64,000 nucleotides of DNA from Octopus sinensis (Eukaryota): the NCBI RefSeq assembly GCF_006345805.1, contig NC_043006.1:96410001-96474000 (forward strand), in the 5' to 3' direction. The notes under the pieces are model-generated. The model was not told where the DNA came from. It made no database searches and saw only the letters and a program-made list of their open reading frames with translations. Shown piece by piece: positions 39,250 to 52,943 of the stretch. Position 1 is the first letter of the stretch; each line of letters opens with the position of its first letter. Both the position numbers and the translations under genes were made by a program.

Positions 39250-40679
39250 GTGTGTGTGTGTATGTGTGTGTGTGTGTGTGTGTATAAATGTATATATATT
39301 TATATATATATACTTATATGCCCATCGGAATATATCGAGATACATTCGTAGAAAGACATATTTGACGGGAAACAGTCATACACATAAACTTAATGGCGAC
39401 TAGCATTATTTCTGACCACTTCAATATCTTACAAAGAAACTGTTTTTGAAATTAAACGCAGTTTCACTTTTTAATGTAAGTGTCTGGGTGTCTGTGATTA
39501 GTTATAGCGACTGTCACTGATCAAACATTTGAATGTACTAAATTCTTTACTGGTAGCAGCAATAATAAAAGATTTCTAACAGAAACTAATAATCAAACTC
39601 TCTATAGACGGATGATGCTTTCTTTGTCACCCATGATCCCCATTGGTGTTTCGAGAAGTCAAGCCGTTATATGGAAAACGTTCTAAGTACATAAGATCTC
39701 CAACTTCGCTTTTGTTTTCAACGGATGCTTTTTGCCCTCGCTGCAATCAATGGATTGTGGTGTAGGGATGGATACTAAATAACGCTATTTGGAGCAATAG
39801 TCCATCCAGCTTAGAACATCGGATATTCAAAGTCACAACGACGCTGTCGAGACCTTATCTGTAATAATAAAAGTGAAATTCTGTCTGTCCGTCTGGGACC
39901 CCCTATATCACAACCTACATTTGCTTTACATAGACATATTATACCTTTTTTTGGAATCAGGGTCCCGGGATTGAAAATTCGGCCTCCATATAGTTCTTGA
40001 ACATCCAGCATTGGGATCTGATTTAAAAGCATTCGGATTGCTATTTCTAGCAGGTAGGTAAAGCTTGGCTGATTCACGTCATCTTGATTGACGTTTGTCA
40101 GATGACGTTAGAGATCAAGGGGGAGATAAATGACATTCGCTTCGTTAATTTTACGACGTGGCAGAACTTTGAGACAAATTGGCCAACAGTTGGAATCCAA
40201 CTTGGAACCGAAACAACAGAATGGTTGCAATAGAGAATTAATTCTCGTCTGTCTTTAACATCTGATCAAAAACCATCGGACATATAGTGATTATAGACGT
40301 ATTATAGTCAGGCTATTTCGCTCTCTTCAGATTTTGGGCCGCAGGCCGAATTAGCCCTCAGCAGGAGCCATCGTAAAAGCGCACTCGGAGTGCGTCTTTT
40401 AAGCTGGAAGTTAATACAATCTGCATCAAACCAATGACTCTCGACAATGTTTGAATTCGTGAATATGTTTGTGGAAGCGTTCATCTGCAGGAATGATGTT
40501 CACAAGACACGAACGGATTCGGGTTGAAGAGTTAATCCCTTGCATGGCGCCAAACTGGAGCATTTCGTTCGGGATCCACTTTCAGGAAGGAATTCAACGA
40601 TATATTATAGCCGATAATGTCTTCCAGAATGTACTGACGCAGTCCTTTCTGTTAGTCACTGGCATCAATTCTGTGTTTC

Positions 40680-41348
40680 TGTGCATACATACATAGATAC
40701 ATAGATATATATATACAAACATATATACATACATACATACATACATACACACATACATACATACATACATACATACATACATACATACATACATACATAC
40801 ATACGTACGTACATACATACATACATACGTACGTACGTACACACATACATACATGGCTACATAATACATACATACATATATACATACGTACGTATGCACA
40901 TACATAGGTTGTACATACCTACACAGATATGTATGCGCGTATACATATATATATGTATTCACACACATAGACACACACACACACATACATACATACATAC
41001 ATACATACATACATACATACATACATACATACATACTACATACATACATACATACATACATACATACATACATACATACGTACGTACGTACGCACAAACA
41101 AACACACATATAGCAGTAGTCTGTTTAGAAACACATATATATGGTATTATATCTGTATATATCTACATACATTATTATATCGGTCTATCTGTCTGACTCT
41201 GTTGTGTGTGTATAGATACATACATACATATATATATATACACACACACATAAATAAAAAAAAAAAATATATATATATATATATATACATTAAAATTTTC
41301 TGATCTATCTACAAAGCTCTCCATATATCCTTGTACATATTTCGCACG

Positions 41349-41393
<45 letters not shown>

Positions 41394-41729
41394 CACACAC
41401 ACACACACACACACACACTCAAACAAACAAACACACCAGACATTGAGGGTCGGTTCATGGATATTCATGAGTGACTCAGTACTGCTTTATAATTGATGAG
41501 AGTTTCCTTCCCTTTCCAACTCTTCCCCACCACCTCACTATCCCAGTGAATAAGGGAGTGAAACATCCGAGGGTGGTTGGCCGGTTGAGTGGTGGGTGCG
41601 GTAACACGTTTCTACTGGTGGAATCTGCTTGGGATGACAAGAGTCCCTGATGGATGTGCAGCTGTTGTCGCCCTCTCTAATGACACAAAGCACTGACACA
41701 CATATCAGAATAGCGGTAAGCAACGGCGT

Positions 41730-41770
<41 letters not shown>

Positions 41771-42016
41771 CACTCACACACTTACACTCACACACACACT
41801 TACATACACACACACACACGCACACACACACACACTCACACACTCACACTCACACACACACACTCACATACACACACACTCACACACACACACACACACT
41901 CACACACACATACACTTACACACACACACATACACTCACACACACTCACACACACACATACACGCACACACACACGCACACAAACACACACACTCACACA
42001 CACACTCACACAAACT

Positions 42017-42047
<31 letters not shown>

Positions 42048-42356
42048 GCACACACACTCACACCACACACACTCACACACACACACTCACATACACACAC
42101 ATACACTCACACACACTCACATACACACACACACATACACATACACAAACACACACACGCACACTCACACACACATACACACACACACTCACACACGCAC
42201 ACACACACACACATATACACAGACGCGCACACAGATGTCGGAGTGTACATTCGGACACACATGCATATGTGTTTATAAGTAGGAAATTATATATAGTGAT
42301 AGCTATAGAGGCACGCATACACATGTGTAAATCCGACGCATACATACACACACACA

Positions 42357-42396
<40 letters not shown>

Positions 42397-42400
42397 TTAT
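40680..42400. repeat. Long CATA and degenerate CA arrays
   Basis: Directly visible; about 670 bp of degenerate (CA)n at 41730-42400. Confidence 0.95.
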
Positions 42401-42794
42401 TTATTCTTTTATTCTTTTACTTGCTTGTCATCTGACCGCGACCATGATGGAGCACCGCCTTTAGTCGAAAAAATCGACCCCAGGACTTATTCTTTCTAAG
42501 CCTAGTCCTTATTCTATCGAACTTTTTTGCCGAACCACTAAGTTTCGGGGATATAAACACACCAATATCAGTTGTCAAGCAATGACGGGGCAACAAACAC
42601 AGACACACACACACATATGAGTATATATATATACCCGACGGACTTCTTTCAGTTTCCGTCTACTAAGTCTACTCTCAAGGCTTTGTTCGGCCCGAGGCTA
42701 TATTAGAAGACACTTGCCCAAGGAACCACGCAGTGGAACAGAACCCGGAACCATGTGGTTGGGAAGCAAGGTTCGTACCACACATCCACTCCTG
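42401..42794 (-). mobile_element. SINE-A, full length and diverged
   Basis: Colinear with 3451-3866. Confidence 0.8.
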
Positions 42795-43059
42795 TATATA
42801 TGATTATATATATATACTGACGTCAACTGCAACACCCACGCAAATAATCGCTAAATATAAGGTAATATAATATAGTGTAATGTGATGTATAGTATAATAT
42901 AATATAATATAATATAAAATAATATTATATTATATAATATAAGACACAAAAAGACGCGCACTACTTGTGGGACGGATCCTTCGATGGGCTGAGTCTGTAG
43001 TGATGATTGCCCCGCCGCCCTCCTCAGTCGGGCGCAGGCATAGCAGTTTTCCTTTGCCT

Positions 43060-43514
43060 AGTGGTTGTGGAAAAAAAAGGTTGTTTGGTGGACAAAGTTC
43101 AAAGGCATGGAGACCGATAGATTCCTGTTTGCTAGAACTCCCAGTGACTTCTTCAAGTTTCACTTGAAAAGGAAATTGAGGCGGGAGAAGGAACTATGGT
43201 CCCCGAGTGAGTTTATTGAAAGGCGGGTGAAAATTGTGAATATGGCAAGAGTGGATGGTACCTCTCTAAATGTAGATCTGTGATTCGGAGATAATGAATT
43301 GGAGAAGGGTCTTGCTCTTGGCATTCAGGGAAATCTCGGGCAATGGTGTTCCTCGATTATACCTAGAGTCACCCTGTATCAGGAGGGTTGCATCTCTATC
43401 ATGCCCCATCTTTATTTGTTTTCTTAATATTTCATTATATGCAAACCCCAATACTGTATGTCTGTCTTTGTATTGTCTCCCTCTTCCTTCGTCTTGGTGG
43501 CAAATAAATGAAAT
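43060..43514 (+). mobile_element. L1/Tx1-type LINE 3' end fragment
   Basis: ORF 43065-43283 (VVWWTKFKGMET..DFFKFHLKRKLRREK..F.ERRVK...ARVDG) is homologous to the C-terminus of ORF 15364-16413. The 3' UTR ends aaataaatgaaatt before (TTA)n. Confidence 0.75.
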
Positions 43515-43522
43515 TTTTATTA

Positions 43523-43592
<70 letters not shown>

Positions 43593-43593
43593 T

Positions 43594-43990
43594 AAGATGG
43601 TGAGCTGACAGAAACGTTTGCACGCCGGGCGAAATGCTTAGCGGTATTTCCTCTGCCGTTACGTTCTGAGTTCAAATTCCGCCGAGGTCGACTTCGCCTT
43701 TCATCCTTTCGGGGTCGATTAAATAAGTACCAGTTACGCTCTGGGGTCGATATAATCGACTTAATCCGTGTGTCAGTCCTTGTTTGTCCCCTCTCTGTTT
43801 AGCCCCTTGGAGGTAGTAAAGAAATATGTATTTCGTCTACGGCGTTCTGAGTTCAAATTCCTCCGAGGTCGACTTTGCTTTCATCCTTTCGGGGTCGATA
43901 AAATAAGTACCAGATGTACACTGGCGTCGATGTAATCGACTTAACCCCTTCCCCAAAATTACTACCCTTGTGACGAAATTTGAAACCATT
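43594..43990 (+). mobile_element. SINE-B dimer (long-tail unit plus headless short-tail unit)
   Basis: The second unit starts at gtatttcgtc (43828), immediately after taaagaaatat. Confidence 0.8.
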
Positions 43991-44008
43991 ATTATTATTA
44001 TTATTATT

Positions 44009-44313
44009 GAGTGATAGAGCAGTGTATGCCGTCAAAGCCCAGTATACCCATCATGACTACCCGTCTGATAAGGGTACACCAGGCACATGCATCACGACCA
44101 TAAGTGGTGATCTCAGATCATCACATTGTGAAAATAAACAGTACATGACCTTGCTGGTGGGGCCCAATTAGAACAACTGACAAGCAAATCTGTGGTATTG
44201 AGCAGAATATTTGCTGTAGCCCATCTTTTATACCAAGACAAAACAATGTACATGATAACACTTCCAATCAGTTAAGATCAGAAGCCATAACAACCACTAG
44301 CTGGTTCTGCATC
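44009..44313 (-). mobile_element. Family E, internally deleted
   Basis: Both ends of 18078-18627 are present; flanked by (TTA)n. Confidence 0.75.
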
Positions 44314-44346
44314 AATGTATTATTATTATTACTATTTTTTTTTTTA

Positions 44347-44398
<52 letters not shown>

Positions 44399-44401
44399 GT
44401 T

Positions 44402-44460
<59 letters not shown>

Positions 44461-44467
44461 CATTATC

Positions 44468-44512
<45 letters not shown>

Positions 44513-45180
44513 TTACTGTCTTTGCATAGCTTCTAACGCTGGAAATATACTATGGTGTCAGCTGTTCACTACCAGTGAACTAAGGTAATACCCCTTATTC
44601 TTCAAGTACAATCCGTAATATTCGAGCGGTTTCAAGCTGTGCTCTTTTCTGCAAGGGCTCCACTTTCATTGCAGCCCCTATTTCTTCGATGTACTTCTCA
44701 AGATTTTTACTCGCTGTTATCAGGGCTCCGACAATTAATGGTACTACTACCACCTTTTTCATCAACCAAAGCTGCTTAACCTCCCATGCTAACCTTTCAT
44801 ATCTCTCGACTTTTCTTTCTTCCTTGTCGCATATCTTGTTGCCAGCTGGGTATGCAATATCTATGATCCAGCATCGTTTGTTTTCTTTCTCAATGTCTGG
44901 TTTCATATTCTCAATTTCATGGTCGCACTGAATCATAAAATCCCGTAGAATCTTTGCATTATCATTTTCGATGGTGCCTTCCGGTTTATGTTCGCACCAC
45001 ATTTTTGCTTTGTCAAGTCCATCCTTGTTGCAAAGTGTCCAATGGACAATCCTTGCTAAATTGTCATGACGACTCTTATATTCTTTCTGGGATAGTGACG
45101 TACTTTGACTGATAATATGCCATACGGTTTCATCATTTTGTCCACAAATTCTGCACAGATAAAGCACTGTAGGACAACAT
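44513..45180 (-). mobile_element. 3' fragment of RLE-type (R4/Dong-like) LINE
   Basis: ORF 44595-45167: CRICGQNDETVWHIIS..RHDNLARIVHWTLC..KPDI..IIDIAYP..KVERYERL..VVVPLIVGAL..LETARILR. The 3' UTR is followed by a long (AAT)n array. Confidence 0.88.
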
Positions 45181-45219
45181 TAAAGCGGCGAGCTGGCAAA
45201 ATTCTTAGCACGCTGACCA

Positions 45220-45921
45220 GAGTGAAAAAGTAGCGCATGCCATCAAAATGACACTGAGGTACAATTATACGAAACCCAATATACCTATCATGACTACCCG
45301 TCTGATAAGGGTACACCAGACGCAACCATATTTACGCGACATGGTTATCCTATATCGAGATATACGGCGCATGATCTTGTAGGTGGGGTCCAGTTAAAAT
45401 TTTCTTCAGGTTGGTGTATCTATACGAAGCCCAATATACCCATCATGACTACCCATCTGATAAGGGCACACCAGGCGCATGCATCACAACCATATGTGCG
45501 CGACATGGTAATCTCATATCAAGATAAGAGCACATGATCTTACCGGTTGCCACAGTAAGAATGTTTTCAGGTCGAGTAGCCCATCCTGTTCAAAAGGTCT
45601 CTGAATAAGGGTCGTTTAAGGATAATAAATGAAAAACTCATGTTTCCGGAGGCGAATTATTCAAATCCCAAAGAATTCCTCTCAACACATGGCTATGATG
45701 CTCCCACACTACTTCTGCTCGTGATCAGTGAGGCACATATCGTCAGCCACTAAAGGACATGCTCAACTGGTTAAGGTCAAACAAGTGACAAGCAAATCTG
45801 TGGTATTGAGCAGAATATTTGCTGTAGCCCATCTTTTATACCAAGACAAAACAATGTACATGATAACACTTCCAATCAGTTGAAATCAGAAGCCATGTGA
45901 GCAACTGTCTGGTACTGCATC
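45220..45921 (-). mobile_element. Family E with internal ~155 bp tandem duplication
   Basis: Homologous to 18078-18627; the catcatgactacc..tctgataagggtacaccag block occurs twice. Confidence 0.75.
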
Positions 45922-45958
45922 AGGGCATTATTATTATTATTATATTATTATTATTATT

Positions 45959-46026
<68 letters not shown>

Positions 46027-46037
46027 TATTATTATCA

Positions 46038-46090
<53 letters not shown>

Positions 46091-47116
46091 AATAATTTTT
46101 CGTTCGTCATGCACAAGTAAGTGTGTATTTTTATATATTTTATTCAATTTTAGAAAAATTGAAGCATTTCTTTGACACTTCCGGAGCGTATTAAACCGAT
46201 TTTTGTGCGTGACTTTTGATCCGCCCAATAAGATACAGTGTAATATTATAATATAATATGATATATGATATCTATACACACACCCAGAAATGCACGCGCA
46301 CACCCACACACTCACACACACACACACATTAGTATTAAAACATGCTGACACCTTCACATCCACAGATGCATAAAAGAATGTATGTATAAGGGTCCATGTA
46401 TAACATAATAGTCATAAAAGAACACAAAAGCTATTTTGAAGGATTTCAGGTATTTACGTATATGCATAAATACAAATGTATTTCATAAACTTTCGAGAGA
46501 ACTTGCAAGAACTCTGGCTAGGAATTGGTTCTCGAAGTATATATAAAGCTATAAACAATAGCTTGTAACATACTTTCACTCTAGAACGTGTATACTAAAG
46601 ACTAATTGGTGACGTATGGCGTGGCTGTTAGTTGGAAGCTGAATGTAAAGGTCAAGCGGTCGCACTGCGATGATTTGTTGGCGTGTGGTTGCACTTATGA
46701 TGATCTATTCGCAAACATTTTTATCATTTGGCAGGAATCCCTAACAAAATCAACTTCAAAACCAGTGCAAGAGAAAAGATACATTGAACTAGCGATGTAA
46801 ACCAAGATCCAACGTTAATGATTGATGCAACGGCAATGGAACTTGGATTTATCTGGTAGCGAAAAGTGTTAGACAGTCACTAAGGTGCATTAGTCAATCA
46901 AAAGGTGTTACCTTATCAGTCTTCAGCATAAAATAGTCGACTGGAGTTTAAACGCATTTTTATGTTGTCATTGGGCAGTTGACATCCTATCACGAGTAGA
47001 ACTAGCATTCATGACCATCAAGTCAAATGTCTCGTGAAAAACTAAGAATTTTTCGCAATGTCAGTTGCATTCTCGATATCATTCACCTTCGTCTCTAAAC
47101 TTGCTCGCCAGATTTC

Positions 47117-47492
47117 GAGCTGGCAGAAGCGTTAGCACGCCGGGCGAAATGCTTAGCGGTATTTCGTTTGCCGCTACGTTCTGAGTTCAAATTCCGCCGA
47201 GGTCGACTTTGCCTTTTATCCTTTCGGGGTCGATATAATCGACTTAATACGTTTGTCTGTCCTTGTTTGTCCTCTCTGTGTTTAACCCCTTGTGGGTAGT
47301 AAAGAAATAGGTATTTCGTCTGCCGCTACGTTCTGAATTCAAATTCTGTCGAAGTCAACTTTGCCTTTTATCCTTTCGGGGTTGATTAAATAAGTACCAG
47401 TTGCGCACTGGGGTCGATATGATCGACTTAATCTGCTTGTCTGTCCTTGTTTGTCTCTTCTGTGTGTAGCCGCTTATGAGCAGTAAAGTAAT
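47117..47492 (+). mobile_element. SINE-B dimer (two long-tail units)
   Basis: The second unit starts at gtatttcgtc (47311), after taaagaaatag. Confidence 0.8.
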
Positions 47493-48319
47493 AAGATTTC
47501 GTACTCCACATTGGTGAAGTTTCCTTCAAGAGCTGTAGTATAAGGTCGTCATATTTCACCGGAAATATGGGCTGTACACAAAAGACTACCTATCCGGAAG
47601 TACAAGGAAACAGCATAACCTGTATTTTGTCAACAAGATTTGTAAACGACATAGCAGAAAAATCCGCTGATTTACAAATGATGATCAATTGCACGTTTGT
47701 TGGGATTATTTGAAGAACCAATTGTTTCCAAATGTTCACCTCCAATGTAGTTCCTCCATACAGTTGCTTCATCACACGCTATAATTGTGATGGTTTGCAA
47801 AGGACCATTCCATCTGAAATCAATAACTGATGTAACAGCTTTTGTTCTTAAACGGAAATGCATTAATAAGTTATATTTTCTTCTCATTGTAGTAATACTT
47901 GCAGGGATGGGTATAAATCTTTGACTTTTGGGGTAACATCAGACTGCTATGAACCAACAGTATACACAAACTTTGTGCATTGTGCACCGACATTCCTGAT
48001 ATAGGAAGAGAAGCAGAATAAAATAATTTCAACATAAACATCTTTTTATACATGTTTCCATCTTTTTATCTTTAACTACAAACTATTTGGACTTCTAGGT
48101 AAGTTTTGCTATAGATTTTTTTTACTTCACTTCGCACAAACGTACAACAAAACCGTTTGAGTAATTTTAAATCTACTAAAGCTATGGATCTTATTTTTGA
48201 ATTTGCAGCAACATTGATGCAGATCTGTCTGGTCTAAGGAGTATGATAATCATTATTGAAGGTCATAAAAGTAAAGGTGAAAGAGAAAGTAAAATTTTGT
48301 TCTAGTAATCCTTTGTTCT

Positions 48320-48748
48320 AGGCGCAGGAGTGGCTGTGTGGTAAGTAGCTTGTTTACCAACCACATGGTTCCGTGTTCAGTCCCACTGCGTGGCATCTTG
48401 AGCAAGTGTTTTCTACTATAGCCTTGGGCCGACCAAAGCCTTGTGAGTGGATTTAGTAGACGAAAACTGAAAAGAAGCCCGTCGTATATATGTATATATG
48501 CGTGTGTGTATTTGTGTGTCTGTGTTTGTCCCCCTAGCATTGCTTGACAACCAATGCTGGTGTGTTTATGTCCCCGTTACTTAGCGGTTCGGCAAAAGAG
48601 ACCGATAGAATAAGTACTGGGCTTACAAAAAGAATAAATCCCGGGGTCGAGTTGCTCGATTAAAGGCGGTGCTCCAGCATGGCCGCAGTCAAATGACTGA
48701 AACAAGTAAAAAAGTAAAAGAGTAAAAGAGTGAAAGAGTAAAAGAGTA
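48320..48748 (+). mobile_element. SINE-A, full length
   Basis: Complete head through an extended (gagtaaaa)n tail. Confidence 0.88.
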
Positions 48749-49137
48749 ATCCGATATACAAATATTCGTGTGTCAACGTTTATTAAATAATTGATGCTTA
48801 GAAAATGTTTTATACATTGTGGTCTCAAGAATTTCTTTTTGAGAGGCACAAAAATAATAGAAAGAAAGAAAAAACATTATTAGAGGAACTGGTAGAAATT
48901 AGATACGGCGTCTAAGAGGTTTTGTTCAGCTAAAACGTGCCTCGTATAAAACAAGCTGGATGAAGGTTTCCATACAAAGAAAGGATTCTCTTGGTTCATC
49001 ATGATATGGATAGTCTGAATGAAGAATATATAGAATGTAATAGGAACCGACAAAGCTTTATACGGTTTGTGGCAAGTGAAGCTGTTAATTACTGTGTTAG
49101 AGAGAACCTGTGGCTTGTTGATCTTGTTGTTGCTGCT

Positions 49138-49360
49138 CTTCTTCTTCTTCTTCCAATTCTCTTCTTCTTCTTCTTCTTCTTCTTCTTCTTCTTCTTCCAA
49201 TTCTCTTCTTCTTCTTCTTCTTCTTCTTCTTCTTCTTCTTCTTCTTCTTCTTCCAATTCTCTTCTTCTTCTTCTTCTTCTTCTTCTTCTTCTTCTTCTTC
49301 CAATTCTCTTCTTCTTCTTCTTCTTCTTCTTCTTCTTCTTCTTCTTCTTCTCCTTTTTCC
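49138..49360. repeat. (CTT)n array punctuated by ccaattct
   Basis: ccaattct at 49153, 49197, 49253 and 49300, separated by CTT runs of varying length. Confidence 0.95.
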
Positions 49361-49624
49361 AATCAGGACTCACGCCATTAGCCACAAAGAAAAATCTCTA
49401 ATTCGAGCCTACTGGCAATTTGAAGAGCCACCCATCACACGCGATAGACTGGCGGTTGCACAGGCGCGAAAGCTACCTTGTTATCCTCATTCCGTAAACG
49501 GTGGCTTTTAACGGGTGGAGAGCTGAACCATCCTGGGGTACAGAGGACTTGCAATCTAGACTCGGGTCTGAAAGTTTTACCACACCATAGTGGGTTACAC
49601 TATGGCTCCTCTGCTTTGTGGCAG

Positions 49625-49812
49625 AAATAGGAAGAAAGAGTGAGAGAAAGTTGTGGTGAAAGCGTACAGCAGGTCTCACACCCCACCCCGCCGGAGCCTC
49701 GTGGAGCTTAGGTGTTTTTGCTCAATAAACACTCACAATGCCCGGTCTGAGAATCGAAACCGAGTTCTTACGACTGCGAGTCCACTGCCCTAACCACTGG
49801 GGCATTGCGCCA
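49625..49812 (-). mobile_element. tRNA-derived SINE-C, 5' part
   Basis: Revcomp gcgcaatgccccagtggttagggcagtggactcgcagtcg..tcggtttcgattctc, with A- and B-box-like motifs. Confidence 0.75.
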
Positions 49813-49980
49813 CAACTGTTGCTGCTGATGCTGTTGCTGTTGAGCGAACAGTCTTCATCCCAGAGCTCGCAAGATGGGAGAAGTCCGAAACGTGGTCCTT
49901 TGCTATTCGTAAGACCCGCAGAAGAGAAAGCAGGTCAACCCCCGACACCGAGAGCATCGGTGGTAATAGGAAGTCGAGGA

Positions 49981-50175
49981 CAAGAAAAAGGAAGAAAGAG
50001 TGAGAGAAAGTTGGAGAGAAAGAGTACAACAGGGGTCGCCACCACCCTCTGCCGGAGCCTCGTGGAGCTTTAGGTGTTTACGCTCAATAAATACACACAA
50101 CGCCCGGTCTGGAATCGAAACCGTGATCCTCCGACCGCGAGTCCGCTGCCCTAACCACTAGGCCATTGCGCCTCC
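49981..50175 (-). mobile_element. tRNA-derived SINE-C, 5' part
   Basis: Revcomp ggaggcgcaatggcctagtggttagggcagcggactcgcggtcggaggatcacggtttcgattcc. Confidence 0.8.
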
Positions 50176-50742
50176 TGCTGTTGTTTATCCTTACGTCAGC
50201 AATCAAAGGCACGTCAGCCATATTTACCTCATAGTTTTCAGACACAGATTTTCCTGGATAGCATTACAGAATGTACCCTCGGTCAGCGCGGAACTAACTA
50301 ATTAAAGATGTTTCAATCGTGGCCACCTCATAGTTTCGAACATAGAATATCCTAGGTAGCAGTTTCCAATGCGTCCTTCAATTCTCTTTGAAATCAAACA
50401 TGGTGTAATATAATTTTGGAGAGATTCTGTTGATGCTTTTACAAGGAGCCGAATGGTTACGTAGGGGCTCACTCTTCTGATCAAAGCAAGAACGTCAGAA
50501 GGCGTCAGTAAATATTATTAGATTTACTTCGGCACTTAACAATTTCTTACTCTACAGCACCAAGAACAAGAACAGGAAATGCAAAATAAACATCTCAAAT
50601 TAGGCGGGGGTGATTCTGCTAGCTAAGTGGGGTGGGGGCGGATATAAACTAAGAAAATTCATTCAGTGCGAATGGAAGTACACATATAGGCTACAAAGAA
50701 TATATGAGAACCGCGGAGTGGCGTGCGAGCTTATATGGACAA

Positions 50743-51143
50743 CTAGCAGTATCGCCCGGCGTTGCTCGGGTTTGTAAGGGAAATAACTATATAAGCATTT
50801 TTAAAGAGTTATATCCAAAAAGTAGCAAAAAAATGCATTAAAAATGGAAAAAAATTATGGTAATTTTTTTTTTAAATCGTTGACTCCTCGTAGACATTTT
50901 TAGAGAGTTACTTCCCTTATATAATAGCGAAAAAATGCATTAAAATGGAAAAAAATGATGGTAATTTAAAAAAAAAATCGTAGACTCATCGTAGACACGC
51001 GCTAATACCCAGAAGGGCTCGATATGAATCACGATTATAAGATACCCGGTTTTGGTTAAACTGCACCGCAAAATGTGGGAGTAGTTAGGAATCTAAATCG
51101 TAGGAGACAGACAGACACACAACCTCACTTTTATATATAAAGA
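50743..51143 (-). mobile_element. Non-autonomous Helitron, copy 2 (401 bp)
   Basis: Same TC...hairpin-CTAG termini in an A|T site as 1817-2212. Contains an internal ~100 bp tandem duplication (cattttt...agagtta...aaatcgt.gactc.tcgtaga, twice). Confidence 0.85.
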
Positions 51144-51345
51144 TTAGTGACGTCGAAGAATAATCTGAGACGAACCAAGTTCAAAAACATCATCGTTGTC
51201 ATTGTTGCTGTTACCGAAATGGTCAATGTATAAATGTTTTATATTGTGTGCTTGTGCAGTCAGTTGTGGTGGTGGTGGCGCCGCTGCTACGACTGCTTTT
51301 GCGGATGCTGTTGTCTTTAATACTGCAGAAAAAGGCAACAGTAAA

Positions 51346-51670
51346 GACTGAACCCGGAACCATGTGGTTCCGGGTTCAGTCCCACTGCGTGCCACATTGG
51401 GCAAGTGTCTTCTACTATAGCTTCGGGCAGACCAAAGCCTTGTGAGTGGATTTGGTAGATAGAAACGTCGTGTATATATATATATATATATATAATATAT
51501 ATATATAATATACATATATATGTTGGCGTGTTTACGTCCCCGTAACTTAGCGATAGAATAAGTACTGGACTTACAAAGAATAAGTCCTGGGGCCGATTTG
51601 TTCGACTAAAGGCGGTGCTCCAGCATTGCCGCAATCAAATGACTGAAACAAGTAAAAGAATAAAGGAATA
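51346..51670 (+). mobile_element. SINE-A with 5' truncation and short inversion
   Basis: Begins with a 17 bp inverted copy of the adjacent head sequence, then a normal body and tail. Confidence 0.75.
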
Positions 51671-52319
51671 CATGCATGCATACATACATACATACATATA
51701 TACATACATACATACATATATACATCCAGAAGACAGACTGACAGACAGAAAGACATGCAGACAGATGGATGGATAACCAGCCAGCCAGACAGACAGACGT
51801 ACATACGTATGTATGTGTGTATGTATATAATGTCTTTAAGTATGTGCACTCGATGAATTGAAAAATGGCGTGTTGTAAGTGACCGGTATTGCTGATTCAT
51901 TGAACAGAGGGGAAGCGAAGAAGGCCTGCTGTAGGTAGGGAGGTAGGTCGTGGAGTGGGCGGAGGCGTTTAGTGACCCAGCTGCAAACAATGGCTTTGAT
52001 ATGGATCGATAGAATGGCCATAACTGCCCTCTCAGACGGTGGCATACTGGCCAGAATACACCAAGAACAACGAGAGGAACAATAATGGCAACGTCTACAT
52101 ATCGTATCTATAACGAACAATAACCACGGCAACAAGCTCGACGACAACAGCCGTAAGGGTTCCTTCGATTATTCGCCATAATTCAAAGATGTCGTCTGTC
52201 TGTGTAACATAGGGAGTGAGGCGATCGAATTGATGGATAGCGTTATGGAAAGAGAACGGAAAATTATATGGGTGAGAGGGGAATATAGGGCTGTCGAGGG
52301 AAAGAAGGGTATATATATA

Positions 52320-52363
<44 letters not shown>

Positions 52364-52396
52364 TTATATATATATGTGTATATGTATATGTGTATG

Positions 52397-52454
<58 letters not shown>

Positions 52455-52943
52455 GTATATATGTATATATATTATATATATATATATATATATAATATTT
52501 ATATAAAGTGGTATGCGTGTGGGTGTATTGATATATATGTATATATGCTTTTATATATATGTATAATGTGTATGTGATGGTGATGCAATGTATGTATTAA
52601 TATAATATGTATAGATATATATAAAAATATATAATATATAGATATATAGTATATATATAGATATACATAGAGGGAGGGAAGTGAGAGAGAGAGAGGGAGA
52701 GAGGGGAGAGAGAGAAAGAGAGTGAATAAAGTGGAAGGAGAGTAAGAGGACGTGTTTGAAAGACAGAAAAAGAGATGGAAGCAATAATAAAGAGCTATAT
52801 AAAGAGGGTCACACACAAAACTAGAACTAAGAACACACACGCACTGACATGCATATGTTCATCCCTACATCTACATAGACACTTGCATATGTATACACGC
52901 ACGCACACACACACACACACCTCCCTCACACAAAAGTATAACA

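Noticed and set aside
40301-40335. Hammerhead-like CTGAAGA-GAGC-GAAA-TAG..CTA-TA on the minus strand
   Set aside because: Stem II is essentially absent and stem I is only 2 bp.
41516-41686. HDV-like ribozyme candidate (ccaac...TCCGAGG...gttggcc GG...CTAA tgacac)
   Set aside because: The motif order is suggestive, but P3 and P2 do not pair properly and P1 is only 5 bp.
47590-48053. Three short minus-strand ORFs in non-repetitive sequence
   Set aside because: No motif was recognised, stops occur in all frames, and no consistent splice structure is present.
27148-49360. CRISPR-like repeat-spacer appearance at 27.1-27.5 kb and 49.1-49.4 kb
   Set aside because: The spacers are microsatellite runs, the repeats are degenerate, the context is eukaryotic and there are no cas genes.
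51870-52230. GC-richer island including a tiny Cys-rich minus-strand ORF (MANNRRNPYGCCRRACCRGYCSL)
   Set aside because: No signal peptide, splice support or recognisable family. The Cys/Arg pattern follows from TGT/CGT-rich sequence.
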